From assembly GCF_030684315.1 (NCBI RefSeq), contig NC_081371.1:5721550-5785549 (forward strand): a DNA stretch of 64,000 nt, read 5' to 3'. The stretch comes from Stegostoma tigrinum. Lineage: Eukaryota. Positions within the stretch are counted from its first letter, which is position 1, and each line of letters begins with the position of its first letter. The notes beneath the pieces are model-generated. The model had not been told where the DNA came from, made no database searches, and saw only the letters and a program-made list of their open reading frames with translations. Shown one piece after another: positions 38,510 through 52,564 of the stretch. A program made the position numbers and the translations under genes.

Positions 38510-40399
38510 AACCCTCCAATTGTGTTTTTTAAAAATAGATTAGTTAAATGTTAGTTATTTTTTAAAAAATCACTCATGGAATGTGGGCTTCGCTGGCTAG
38601 CCAGCATTTATTGCCTAGCCCTCGTTGCCTTTGAGAAGATGGTGATGAGCTGCCTTTTTGAACCGTTGTAGTCCACATGCTTTTTTAACCAACAGTCCAG
38701 CACAAAGTAGTTATTGCGCCAGTAGAGCAAGTTTATGTTCCCTAATTAACCAGGCAGAGAAAACTAATAACAGACAAATATGAACAAACAAGACTCCTAG
38801 AATATCTTGAAGGGAGAAGGTAGAATTTAAGGAAGTTTTTGAACTGTTTATAGAAAATGGAAAGGATAAGGGATGCACTCCTAAGCACTTGAGTGCACGA
38901 AGTAGACCAAGGAAGGTAATTAAAGGCAGTCTGTTGTCTCCATGGTCGAGGTAAATAACATATTTTTGGACATTTTGCACAAAGGGGAACATTTACAAGA
39001 TAATATAGCCCAATCAGATCCACTGCTGGAAAAGTGGCATAAAAGACAGCAAATGAAACTCATCAGCATCACGGTCAGAACTGATTAACCAGTGATGGAG
39101 AATTTAAATTCTTATTTATAATTCTTCATGAAACTCATGAGGCCTCAGTGACTTTTCATTCATTTAAGTAAGCTTACCTCTTCGAGAAGAGTTTGTGTCT
39201 GAACGATTTGTCAATATCTTGTGTTGTCCTAGGTACGAACTTCATGAAGTGAAGATTCAGGAATGAGGCATGCCCTCCTAAACTCCTCACTGAACCAGGG
39301 TTGGTGGCTTGTTTTGACAGTAATGGTGGCATGGCAGATACGTTGGACCATGATGCTACAGATTGTGATTCAGTTCTCTTCCTGATGACCTTTATAGATA
39401 CAGGTCTAACAACTAAAATCTGGGTATTAAACATATCCCATTTAGCTTAATGATGGTTCTCACGGCATAATAGTGGATGCCCTTTGTGTAAAGGTAGGCC
39501 TTACACTCAATTTAGACTGGTGGTCAATCCTATCATGGGTAGATGCACGTGCAGCAGATATATTGGTTGGCATGTAATCAAATAGGTTTGCATTTCTTGT
39601 TGATTTCACTGCCACTTGTTGCAAGCTCAGTTTAGCACTCTTGACAATGAACATTGAAGTCCCCCATGTATAATACATTCATTGGCCTTGCTACTCAGTG
39701 TATCACTTAAATGATGTTCAACATGAATGAATAGTTATTCACCAGTTGAGGGATGCGGCTGGTTATAATCAGCGGTAGGTTCTTTTGCCCATGTCTGAGC
39801 TAAGGATAAGACAGCTACGGGCTCTTGGACAGACAGCCAATGACTTGCAGCAGGGAGCAATTAGTACAGCACGTTGTAGGGCTGAGAAGCAAAACAGTAA
39901 ATATGTCAGTAATAATGCCGCCATGTGTATTTTAATCTTTTCACACATCAGCTGTTCTATGGTCAAAGGACTGTCAGTCTGTTTGCCAGTTACTTTCTAT
40001 AATTCAGAAAATCAATTTGTCAGTGAATGGAATAGGACATTGAATTCGCTGAAGTTGAAGCAGGAAGGAGAAAACAAACCAGCTAAGAGTAGGTTCTCAG
40101 AATTAAATCCTAAAGCATATGAAATTCAGGTAAGGTAACTCTACAACAATTGAGAGAAGTCAGTAACAAACCCGAAGGAATATACTTGGAATGATGGAGC
40201 TTGTTGGTTGATCAGTCAGTCAGTCAGTACGGCCCACAGCCTGTCCCAATTATCAGCTCCTTCACTTCAGACACACAACAGGAGACACGTCAACTAATGC
40301 AACACTAATGCAAGGGATAATTTAAAAGCACAATCGTTAGTAATGTTAAAAGTGGATATTGATGGGTTTCTAAATACTCATGACATCAAGGGTATGAGG

Positions 40400-41320
40400 A
40401 GTATGAGAGACCCAGATGACAATAGAGGACAGCACATTATAATGGGGAGCAAGAACGATTATCCCGAGCAAAAGTCACCACCAGATAATGGCTGAATTCA
40501 ACTAGGGTAATCCAAAACGATGATGTCAGCAAGAAGTTGTACCTGGTGGCTAGGACTGGATGCAGACATAGCCACGTTGGTGTGGCAGTGCTCAGTGCCA
40601 GCAAGGTCAAAATCTACTGCCCACATTTGTGGGAATCTCTGGGTAAACCCTGGGCACATCGACTATGCAGGTTCTTTCATAGATTCAATGTTCTTAGTAA
40701 TTGTGGACACTCACACAAAGTAGCTGAACATACAGAGTTCATTCGTCAAATACAGTGATTACGAGAGAACAAACCTGTACGCATCTTTTACAATATACAA
40801 ACCCCCAGAAGCATTGATCACGGATAACCTGCCATTTGGAAATATTCAGATGATCTGGCAAATAAAGTCAAATTGCATTTGACACACAAAGATAACTCCA
40901 TGCCTTCCATCAGCCAATGGTCTCACAGAAAGAACAGTTTAAACTTTGAAGTCAGACTTAATGAGACAACCTACAGCTTCACTCGATACCAAATTGATAA
41001 TAGGACCACCACCCCTCATGCAACTACAGGGACAGCAGAATTATTAACAGGGAGAAGACTCCATACCTCAGATTAGATCTGATCATCCTGGACTAGTGGG
41101 GAGGTGAGAGGTAATGGTGGTATGAAATGGTATCAAAATTCCAACACTGAACAAAAGACTCCACTAAGCAACAGAGACAGTTTACAGAGGATGAAGTTTG
41201 GTGTGGGAATCATGGGAATAGCCTTATGTGGATAAGGGACATGGTTGACACGAGGTCAGGTCCAGTGATGAATAAAGTTCAGGTAAATGCGATGGTCTTG
41301 AACAAACACGTGGATAATAT
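40400..41320 (+). mobile_element. Gypsy LTR retrotransposon integrase relic (continues at 44695-45223)
   Basis: ARSCTWWLGLDADI...C (HHCC region), HIDYAGSF.DSMFLVIVDTHTK (DDE core start), TTPHATTG..AELLTGR. Confidence 0.85.
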
Positions 41321-44300
41321 TGTTATGGAGAAGAGGTGAAGAAGTGGACACTTCTTTGATAACTAAAACCAAAATACCCACAGAAGCTTGCCTCACAATC
41401 TGTTAAAGGAAGTGTGAAAATACTTTTGTATCTTAGCCTGAGTCTTCCTCGCTCCTGGATAACCTCCTACAGGTAATTGTGAATGTATATACTTCCTGTC
41501 TGTATGATACCATCAACACAATCTGGTGAACTTCTGCCCATTTTACCTCTGCACTGACCTGCCAAGGTCTCCATTTCCACCTTAAGGCAAATAACATTCT
41601 GAAATACACTCTGGTTCCTTATCCGAGTAGGCTTTATGACACAAATCCTTTATCATCGCATCTTTTTGTTAAAACTCCATTACCCTTTCAGGACTAGACA
41701 CCTCTGCCTGATCCTCTCGCTTTTCTGGTTTTTCCTTTACTGTTTCATTAAACAAGGCATCAGCTAAGTGGACCTCAACTCCTTTGTCTTTCTCTTCACT
41801 TTTCCTTTCTTGCTTTAACTTATGACTGTGGGATCTTGTCACCATAACATTCAGAAGAAAATCCAGGGTATTTTTCTTGTAACTCCTTAGTTTGCTGGTT
41901 TTCTTTCCACTTCTCCAGTACAAGGGGCATCACTCCCACCTTTGATCCTGCTTGGCCGTTTCCAGGAATAGACACTCTTTCAGTCACTCCCACTATCACC
42001 TCCCCAGTCTTGATTTGGCTTTCCAGTCTTATTTTACACAGTGGAACGCTAAATCTCCCTCCATTTATTCCACAAACTATCACTGTCTTGAGTAACATTT
42101 TGGGAGGAATGCAAATATTTTCATCCCTTCCTTTCATGAGAAATTGACCAGCTCTCATGCTTTGCAATATTTTCACATCCTTATCTTCAACCCCGTTCTT
42201 CCTGATTAAACCTCACCCACGGACTTGAAGTCTTTGAAGAGACAGGACACGCTCTTACTAACCAGTCTTTGACTAGGCTGTGCAATCTCCTGCAGTTCCT
42301 TCACTTCTCTTGGGATTTCCTCACTACTTCAATTAACTCCACTGGTTTAGCCTCTTTTACTACATCCTCTTCCCCCGTGCCTGACGAGACCAGTGGTACT
42401 GTGGTTTTAGGTGACACACTCTAACAGTTGAAGCACCGAAATCCCTTTATCCCTTTTTCACCCTCAGGTTTCTTTTTCACATTTGGTAAACTGTTCAGTG
42501 CAATCAACTTTTTGTTTCTCATTGAAGGATCTCCCTCTTTACCAATTTCTATCCCTCATGGAATGAAATTGCTGTCAGAAGCTAGATTTTGATTTATGCA
42601 CTAATGCGTATTCATCTATTATGTCTGCAACTCTTCTCACTGTTTTAACTTGCGGTTCCTCAATGAGTTCTAGTTACTTCTGCAAGTGAGTTTTTGAACT
42701 CCTCCATCAGCAGAATCTATAATCTTCATATGTTTTTTCTATCTTTAATGAGTTCACCCATCTACTGAAGTTTCTATGTTTAATTCTTTCAAATGCAACA
42801 AATTTGACCTGGTTCCTTCCTTATACTTCTGAACCATTGTCTATATGCTTCTGGTACTAATTTATAGGCATTCAAAATAGCCTGTTTTACTTCTTTGTAT
42901 TCTCCTGACACCTCATCTGACAGCACTACAAACACCTCATTAGCCCTACTTACCAACTTAGTCTGAATTAACATTACCCACTTAGTCTCTGGCCAGTTCG
43001 TCTGGTCAGTCAATTTCTGAGAGGCAATAAAAAAGGCTACAACATCTTTTTCATCGAATTTTGGTAATGTTTAGATATATTTGTATATATCCCTGATAAG
43101 CTGTTGGCTACAATGAGTTTGCTCATCCCACTTCTATGTTGTACCTTTACTTCTGTCACTAAGTCTTTTTGCTTCAAGTTCCAACTTCATCTTCTCCAAC
43201 TTGAACATTCTTTCCCTTTCGCCTGCCCTGGCTCTTCTTTCATTTTCTTTATCTTCAAACTCCAATTGTCTAGTTTTCAATTTAATTTTTTCTAACTCCA
43301 CTGCCCTTGATTGTTTTTCTGGTACATCTAAATGCTTGACTAACTCGTTTACAATTTCAGCTTTCCTCTTTTCCCGAGTTGAACCTAAATCATGCCTATT
43401 CGCTAAGTCTAAAAATATACCCCTTCTCTGTCTTTCTAAACATTCTTGGCAAATTTGGAAAGCATGTTACGAAGGCGAAATGATGAGGTTGAATCTCTCT
43501 GATAATTAAAACCAAACCACCCAGAGAACCTTGCCTCACCTCATAATCTGTTAAAGGAAACGTGAAAAATGGTACAACCTGCCTCTCCCCCACCCCTCTC
43601 CCCCAGTTATAAAGAAGTGGTTAAACGAAAGAAGTCCTATATACTCACTTTAAGCAAAAAGTAACAATTTACTTATATAATGCTAATAGTTGTATTATGC
43701 TAATAGTTAACAAATTAACTGAACTACTAACAAAGTGAAGAATTCCCCCTTAACTACTAAGTATTCCCCAATAAAACAATATTAATAAAAATTACAGCTT
43801 AATCTCAAAACTACAGCCAGGATAAATCTTCCAGAATGTTCTTTGCCTCCAGCCAGGAACAACTTTCTCCATCGAATGTCAGGACCATTAGCAAAGAGTG
43901 CCACAGTACCTTTACTTAGATGATGCTTACTCTCAGATCTTAGAGATTTTTGTGAGATTCAGTGATTTTCCCTTTCTTTAGAGCTGATGGCTATTGACAG
44001 CCATTATTGCTCTCACACAGATTTTCAAATGACCTCTTCTTTTATATCCTTGATGGCCTATCAAGTTCTTACAATAGGATTGGTCCTAGGCCCAACTTAG
44101 GCTGAATTGGTGGTTCTCCATGATGAAAATGGGAGAACTACGTCACCCACAAAACAACTCTACTTCCAAAAAAGGAGAACGACCAACTCAACTAGGACAA
44201 CATCAAGATCCCGAGACAAGCAAAACAGAGACAAGCCTGGTATTCCACGAAGAAAGCCATCAACAAACACAGAGCTCAACTCCATATACACGCCACCGTA

Positions 44301-44694
44301 AAGGAAAACTGGAAGTGAGGTAATCCAGCTCAACAGACTCCAGAGTTTAAACAACAGGCGGGAAAACAATGGCACTTTGTTGGAGGCTGCACTGACAATG
44401 TTACCCGGCATGGTAATGAAACATCTGTGAAACAAATCAGCTTGGCGAGCCAACCAACTACAACCCTACTCTAAAACGTTAGCGTTCTGCTTTGCCTGCT
44501 AACAGTATAGCCCCTTGATACAATGTTTCAATTTTGAGAACTTTGTGTCTGCTGCTGCCTGCAAACATTTTTGTAATCTCCAAGCATTAAAAAACATCTT
44601 TTAAAGGGGACCACACACTCTTTCCCCACTATTTTAGAAACAAATTCTAATGTCCTGCCTTCCAATTCAGAAGTACCATTTGAAATTCGCAACA
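41321..44694 (-). mobile_element. Internally deleted Gmr1-like Gypsy element (LTR, SCAN-like gag, Zn knuckle, protease region, partial LTR)
   Basis: Gag WPETKW..LIQTKL..A.EVF..LS......Y..VK.AILNAY.LVPEAYRQ.FR...K.PGQ; CFNC knuckle remnant ~42440; GEVIVGV protease region. LTR 43465-44694 (TG..CA on minus); LTR-end copy 41321-41425. Possible 4-bp TSD ATAT/AGAT. Confidence 0.8.
44100..44482 (+). mobile_element. PLE 3' fragment (family C) inserted in the Gmr1-like LTR
   Basis: Frameshifted GIY-YIG C-terminal-like DNIKI..QAKQRQAWYSTKKAINKH..SIYTP; decayed hammerhead CTGACAA-TGTTACC..GGTAAT-GAAAC-ATC (44392-44425); tail shared with 24952-25063. Confidence 0.72.
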
Positions 44695-44978
44695 AGATGA
44701 AAGCTGCAAACTCAAACACAAAACATGCTTGGCTCAACAACCATTCTCTTCCAGAACCCAAGCACTGAAGTTACCTCAGAATCTGAGTTGGACATAATGG
44801 ATGTCACCGCCTCAACACCTTCATCACCTGACCAAATGAATTTCTTCTGAGATGGTCCAGGCAAGCTACTGTGCATTACCTGACACCTGTAACAGTGGCA
44901 CAGTCAGAGGAATGTAGCCTGTGGCAAAAATATTCCAGGAGGAGCTACAAAAGATTAGAAGCCTATGTCCTCAGTTTC

Positions 44979-45223
44979 AGAGGGGGAGGGATGCCATGAT
45001 TATAATGAGGTCAGCGAGATGAACTCGGAATGAATTCCCTGATTTGGCCAGCTTAACAGCCCCAAACAGGGGAGCCCTGGCTGACAAATAAGAATGTGAA
45101 TGTCAGATATCCTGTTCATTCTGACAACTGGTTCCAAGGGAGCTGGTTCAGTGTCATGGACTCTCCACATTTAAATAAAGGGTGACCTGGTCATGGGATA
45201 CCAGCCTCTGTGGTATTATGTCA
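44979..45223 (+). mobile_element. Polypurine tract and 3' LTR of the Gypsy element beginning at ~40400
   Basis: PPT AGAGGGGGAGGGA (44979-44991) directly followed by TG (44992)...AATAAA (45174)...TCA (45223); related solo LTR at ~3195-3435. Confidence 0.8.
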
Positions 45224-45287
45224 CTTATATCCAGCGAACTTCCTTCAGTTATAATGCAAACCTAACAATTAAGTAATTTAAAGCTAA

Positions 45288-45372
45288 CTGCCGAAGAAAT
45301 TCAGCAGATCCGGCAATATTGTGGACAGAGAAACAGAATTAACATTTTGAGTCTGAAAGGACTTCTTCAGAG
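45288..45372 (-). mobile_element. Old PLE 3'-end relic (family B-like); similar relics at ~48930-49010 (-) and ~53630-53700 (+)
   Basis: Minus strand CTCTGAAGAAGTCC..GACTCAAAATGTTAATTCTGTTTCTCTGTCCAC..TGCCGGATCTGCTGA. Confidence 0.6.
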
Positions 45373-48300
45373 CTTATCCTATGATTCAGAGTTCTTTTCT
45401 CTTGCAGGCATAATAACAGAGTATCAATCTGATGGGTGCATATTTACAGTTTGAGATCCTTCTAGATGTCAATGTGCAGTAACTACATAGTGTCACCTAC
45501 CTTTTGTCAGCAAGTTGTTAATTCTTTTTAGGCATTCAGCCCATGTTCTTGTGTGAGCCCCAACTGTGCTAAACTGTACTGCCACCTTTTTTCAGGCTAC
45601 TTTGGTCAGACAGAAATGTCACCTGCTGCCATTCAGAACAAGGAGTCCTGCCTTTCTCAGATGGCTCAGAGGAGAACCTGAAATGGGGCCATTTGTCTAC
45701 AAAATGATCTGAACATCCAGGTGCAATCTGAATATCCATTCAGAATGAAGCTTCTGGCTTTCAATGAATGAATATTTGGTCATGTGCCTTTTGAATATGG
45801 CACCCAAATCTTTCAGACCCCATTAGTTGGCCATTGATTTTCTGCCTGCCTCTACCACATTTTACCACGGTCCTTGTGTATGCATAACTATTTGGCTGCT
45901 CAACACCACAATACGTGGAAGCCATTCTGTCCTGAAGTGGCGATGTCGTTCATTTCTGGTCCTGCGACTGACAATCTTGCAACTAATTTTTGATTCTCAA
46001 CATTGTCAAGGTAACACGTTAAGTGAAATGTATGCTGCAAAAATAATTTAAACATTATTGATACTACTCATTTTGTGCCAGAAACTTATCATAATTAAGC
46101 AGCAATTCTGAACTGAAAGGACATTGCAGATAATGTTAATAAGAAGCAATTCAAGTTTTCTTGTTGCTTAGGTCCAGAAATGGAAATACACTGTGCTGAT
46201 ACCACTGTTACACCTTAAATCTTAGTGAGTTTTCCTAAGAGAATGCATGTTAAATAACATCTATTATTTAACAAATAAAAATGTTACTAAAAATCAATAT
46301 TTAATCCATACAATTCAGTAATGAAGAAATAAATTTGTAATAAGCATTTGATAGTTCCAACAATGTGTCAAGGAACTGGGACACCTTAAGAGTAACAATG
46401 CAGAAATTAATATCGAAAGAAGTAGGGATTTATACTAAACTTTTATTTGTGGTTAAAGTGGTGAGAAATGTGAAGAAGAATCTGCTCATTAGATCCCATG
46501 TATTATAGTAACTTGAACATTAGAGGGAGGAATTTCCCTACTGGAATTGGTTCACCTCCCTCTCCCACTGCTCAGCAAACCTGTCAGTGAATGATTGATT
46601 CACTAGTGGGCTAATTTCAACAGCAATTCCCACTCTTAATCAATTTGAGCGAGAGTAAACTTTACAGATATTAATTGGAACACAATTAATTTATTTATGT
46701 TTGCTGCAGTTTCAGTTTAGCTGGGCTATGAATTGGCAAAAAAGTCATGTGGTTGCCCTGAGCATTATGAATCATGAAGAATTTGTGGTGAGATTGTCAG
46801 CACCAGGACCCAAAGTGAAGAACACTTCCACTTGGAGATGCGATGGCTGCCGAGCACTATCATGTGTTCAACAGCCTATTAGTTATAATGGTCAGTAGCA
46901 CAGAAAAAAGCCTTGTGGCTCAGAGTCTACACATATATGCATAAATGAAGAGCATGGTGAAACATGTGGTCAAGTCAGGCAAGAAGTCACTGCCCCATTG
47001 TTACGGGGTCAAAGGTAATGGCACATATAGAAAGAGCACTTGGGAAGGTTTTCAATCTTTGAAAGCCAGGAGGATCACTTTGGCTGAGCAGACATCAAGC
47101 TGTCCACAGGACCTTCACATCTCTTGGAGGTGGCTACTGTACACAAAACTGGTCCTCCTCCAGCCTAGGAAAGGTAAGTATCCTGCTTCCTGAAATAGAA
47201 ATTTCTTCGCTAAAATAAACTCTCATCATTACAAAAGATGACAAGAGAAAGCATTCGAAATTGCTGTCTATTTTAAAGAGAAAAAAATTTGGAGAAGTCT
47301 TTATTTTCTATTCTTCAATTTTCCATCCTCAGTGAAAATCCACCTGGTCACTCATGACCGGGTATCCCTTTCTTGCTAGTTACTCTAAGATCCATCAGAT
47401 AAGAGCATTTCAATTGTCAGGCAGCCTTAAGTGTAGATCAGTGATTATTTCCAGGTGACAGCATCCATAATAAGAACACTGCTTTCAATGATGGTTGTGC
47501 ACAGTAATTTCTAAGCTGGAGGGAAATATCTCCAAATGCAAATAATAGACTAGGGTCAGAACAATAATCTATTGATATTTTGTGACAGTCTAGTGATTTC
47601 TGAGTCACAAAGTTAACAGAACTGAAAATGGTCCATGTCAATTGTGAGGAACAGGTTCACGGTAAATCAGTACACCATGCCTAATCTCCTCCAAGTGAAC
47701 AACAAGTTAGTTGACAGAGCTCACGTAAGAGGGATAAGATATTATGTAAGAAGGTTCTGTAAGAAGGTTCTAATTTTATTTTAATCAACATGAGATTTGA
47801 TTACATAATATGTTGTACCTGCATTTACTCTCCAGAAAATAGAGCAGCCTGTACTTTTAAACCAACTTGTCTGACTCAAGAGTTTCAGTCTATGCCAATC
47901 AAAATTAAATGAAGACACAAAGTCGTGTCCAAATCACACAGAACATTTATTGTGGTAGCATGACCCATAAACAAAACTAGATATTCAGCTGCATAGGTGA
48001 ATTCATGAAGCAAAGCTATTTGGTCCACTCAGGAATGTGACCTGAAAATACAAGAAAACACCTGAAAACGTTTGGACACCAGAAAAATTTGGAAAGAAAT
48101 AAAGATAACATTTTATTTCTGATGCTTGTTGCTACAACTGACTAGAACATTTCCTGGTTCTTTCTCTGACCGTGATGGGTAGAAAAGAATGTTATTTTAG
48201 GAAAAATTGTATTTTAAAATAGGATTTTTTTTCCCGCAGAAATTTCATGAAGCATTTAGATTGGAATTTAGAATAAAAGCTAATTAGAATTTTGCCGCAA

Positions 48301-51300
48301 ACTTGAGCAGAGAAGTTCTTAGTGGCTTTTTTTTCCCTGATTTGTGAATTAATTATTTTTCAGGATAAGGATCTCAGCCCTGGAAATATACTCTACTTCG
48401 TCACTGAAAATTGCATAACGTCAGCTACAGCATAGGTTAACAAAAAGAATTATCTTTGTGCTCCAGATTATCAGGAACATCCATTCCTACGTCATTGTCC
48501 AATTTTTCACTGTTCATTTAATCCAGTTTGAGTTTTTTGATGAAAGATCTGCTGCTTAAGTCCATGGCTTCTCCTGTTTGTTAATTTTAAGCAATAGTAA
48601 CAAGGAATTAAAAAAACAATGATTAATATTTCTACTTAGCTGTATGCTAAAGATATAGAGGCATGACAGGATGATTTCATTTTGCATTTCTGAGAATCAA
48701 AGAACCCAAAAGACATAGCTCACAATTTTGGATGCTGACACTTTGTGCTGAGCTCATCCATCAACCCGTGTCAGATTTAAATTCAGTTTCCTAGAATTAA
48801 AAGAATCATTTCAATGTTTTTTTTACACCACACAACTAGGTCATAACACAATTGGCACCGCCCAATTACGTGATTTCTGTACAAGTTAAAATTATGGTGA
48901 AATGATGCACTTGTTTTAAAAAGCATTTTGCAGAAACTCGGCTGGCAACAGCTGTGGAAAGGGAAACAGAGTTAAATGTTTCAAGTATGATCGTACTCTT
49001 CTTTAGAAGTGCAGAGATGTGGAAAAGTGATGGATTTTATACACTTTAAATGGGTAGGGAATCAGTTGATATAGCTGGTAAAGAAATACCTTACTCCTAA
49101 CTTTCAAGATTCAAGCTTTGTTTCAAATGGATCCAGTGAAATTGAACTTTGTTTACAATTGGCCAATATGCTGCAAAGATGACTGCTGAAGGTCAGATGT
49201 TCTGGCTTGTGTGTTCAAAAACTATCTTGCAGTCTCACAGGAACAAACAGATGCATTCTAGTTTGAATGGTGTCAACTACATGCATCCTGTTACACTCTG
49301 CAGACATTCCTGAATTGAATGTTATTTTTGAAACAAAAGTGATTTTCTTAATCGTCTCAGGATAAATAAATTCAAACAATAAATCAGGTTATACTTGATC
49401 AATTCAAAACCACCATGTTTAGGAAAGGAACTTCAATTGTAAGGAGTCATGTGGCAAGGCAGCCATGTTTGTTCCTCTGTAATCTTTAAATATTGACTTA
49501 GGAAGTAAGATAAAGCAGCAGAAATTGAAAAATAATTATACCTGCAGGACTGGACATTTAACTTCACAAGGGCTCTAAATCTGTTCCGTTTTTGGTGTCT
49601 ACTAAAATAGAAAATTGGTCTCCTGGCTTTGAGACCACAATCAACTAGCTGTGACCGGAGATAATCAATCTCTGAGGGAATCCTTAAAATTATTTTGGCA
49701 TTAGATTTTGGCTATCGAGTTCACCAAATCTATATTTCGTAAGTGAACCTGCCGGTCAAAAAAAACCTACAACTTGCACTTATAAGAAAAAGGCAATTGT
49801 GTGAATTATGAACTGTTCCTTTTTTTTTAAGATGACTTGTAAACTTCCCTTGAACTGTTGTTTCCTTAAATGTTTGCATGTGCGCTTAAGAGTGTATGCC
49901 ATAGCATTTGATTTGAGTGCCTAAATATTCATCATTTTTGTTTAAACCCAGGTAAAGCTTGCTGGTTATTCAAATTGCCCATACACTTAAGGGTTAAACT
50001 CACAGACATCTTCCTCTCAAAAGCACATTGATTATGGACAGTTGGAAAGGAAACAGGAATTCCATCAGTTCTCTCTCACCCTGCCCAAAACAAACGTTTA
50101 AGTACAGGCATAGCATTTAAATTACACCACATATTTGGATTGCACATTAGGAAACAAGAGAGAAACTTATGTAAAATTAGCTTCAGAAATAGTAGAGAAG
50201 AGATGGAAGAAGATTCTGCTTGATGGTTGGGGAAAGAAAGGAAGTAACAGATAAGCCAAAGAACCACTCAGTCCGACTGAAAAAGAAATCTGTGTGTTGG
50301 TTAAGTTTATTGTTACAGGTGACAGTGATAGATGCAATGAAGATGAATTAAGGAGATGGTCAGATTTGGAGAAATTAAGAATGGCAGATTGCCAGAAGTG
50401 GGGTCGGTGGGGGGCGGGCAGTGAGACCTATTAACATTTACTATGGTCCAGCCTACGAATGGATGGTTATCTATGTATCTTGGACTAATGGAGTGAACAT
50501 TGGCCATAATGGGAAAATAATCACAACAGAAGAGAATAAAAATATTCCTGAGGACAAGAACATCAAAGGGAGAATAGATCAACAACTGCAGAAGAATCAA
50601 GGTAAATGGAGAGCCAAAGCTATGCAATTGTTAACTTGCCCTCAAAGTAAATCGGTTTTCTGGTCTAAGCACACAGATTCTAAAATGTCATAAATCCTTA
50701 GGGCATTCTAAATTTAAGTTACTTTATTTAACATATTATTTTAATGTGGACTGCTTCATGGCACCATAAAAGCACATGAAATATTATACAAAGTTCACAG
50801 AAGAAAAAGTCACAGTTAAGGTACAAAAATTATAATGTGCCACAGAGTATTGTGAGAACAGTTTCATGACATGGTGCCTCAAGATTTTCTTTTTCAATCT
50901 CGGCTTTTGTGGACTAAGATGATCCATATTTCATATACTGTTAACTTTTTTTGAAAGACAAACATCTAAAATTTAATTCTTGTGCCTTTCTTGAGACTTG
51001 TAGATTAAAATTGCATTGATCTGTTTATGAAATTCCTGATATTTTAATTTTAAATTTTAACACATTTGTTCATTAAATAATATCCAGATGGATTATACAT
51101 ATTTTAATCTATTGGTCACTCACTGCCATTAAGTAGAACAGAAATATAAGTAATCACCTTTCATTTCATTCAATTTCAGTTGAAGGTCTCAAATCAGAAC
51201 TACATTTTGGATGTTCTTCCCCCAATATCTGTACATTTTTAGTTTAATCAATTCAGTTTTTATGCTTTGGATTTTTCTCTTTCATTTCACTGTGTGATTT

Positions 51301-52564
51301 TTTTTCTGTTAATTTTTCCAATCTTACCTGCAAATAGGGCAAATCTGACTTTATTACACAGTTAAAATTTAAAGCTGGCAGGAAGGAATACCGATCATTA
51401 GAGCAAAACATCCAAAATTCTCACTTTGATTTTGCATCCTATTTATTCCTGAATTTTGACCAGTGCATTACAAATTTGTGCCACATATTCCAAAATATAA
51501 TTTGTAAGTTGTATGAGATTAAGCAATTTTGCTATATCAGACCTTCCTGATAGTTTTACTGGGTGATGTTCAAAAAGAACACAATATAAATACAATAAAG
51601 GCGACCATGGTTATCTGTGCTCAGCCAGAAAAATCATACATTTTCAAGCATGGCAGCTTAGAGTTTCTCAAAAATTCCCAGGGCTTTCGTCTCCAGTAGA
51701 TGGCCTGCATGTCCATTTTATTTGCAATTCACCACTTTTATAATCAAGTGTTATCTAACATCCATCTAATTTGTTTCTAATCAGTTGAACCTGTACCCTC
51801 AAGTCCAAAGTCATATTTCAGTTTCATCAGTGATAAATGCCCAAAAATTCTGTGACAGTTGAGTTTAGTCCTTCGGGAAATGTATTTTCAGAAATTAATG
51901 CTAAGGATGATTTGTACTCTCTGCTGTATTCAAATATCAATGACACTTATTTTGGTCTTAATCATGCCTCTTTCCATTTCAAAACACAAAAACATAAGAT
52001 GGCATGAAATGAGCAATGTCTACTGATCATTTCCTGGTTTCCATCCAGAAAGTGTTGTCCTCTGTTTACTTGAGTAAATTAATCTCTTGAAACAAGTTTC
52101 TCCATATTTCCTGCTTCAGCTGAAAAGCTGATCAATAAAAATTGCAAAAGCTCTGCCTGACCACAAACGTAATATAATTCATCTTTGAATACAGCATGAC
52201 ATTTATACGTAGTTCAAGAACTATGACATTGCATGGATTGCCTGATCATCATCTCGATAGTTGAGTCCATTTCTTGAGAGTTGCTCATATATTGTAAAAA
52301 CAAATCAACAGAGTCAACTTAGTGATTTATTTTTCCAGAAGAAAGCTCCAAATATTCATTACATTTTAATTACCTTCATCTTTAGTCCCTGTGGATAATT
52401 TTTAATGTTTTGTTTGTGTCCTGAACTCTTGCACCTTCACTGCATCTGCTTGGTAGGAACTAGGCAACAGCTCTCTGAAAAATCACTGTGCTGAACTTAC
52501 TATTTTATTCCTGCTTCAGATCTGGTACAGCCATTTCAAACCTCATTAAAGCACAGGAATTGTG

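Noticed and set aside
46520-47200. Possible Harbinger/Myb-SANT relic or exon with donor AAG|GTAAGT (~47173)
   Set aside because: Too decayed: no continuous frame or motif that I can support.
49200-50700. Possible LTR followed by purine-rich gag-like sequence; similar LTR-like sequence flanks the PLE at ~54720-58396
   Set aside because: No second LTR copy, PBS, PPT or protein motif could be confirmed by eye.
51323-51350. Minus-strand TTTGCAG|GTAAG resembling a recursive splice site or exon donor
   Set aside because: Weak polypyrimidine tract, no associated exon ORF and no evidence of a minus-strand transcript.
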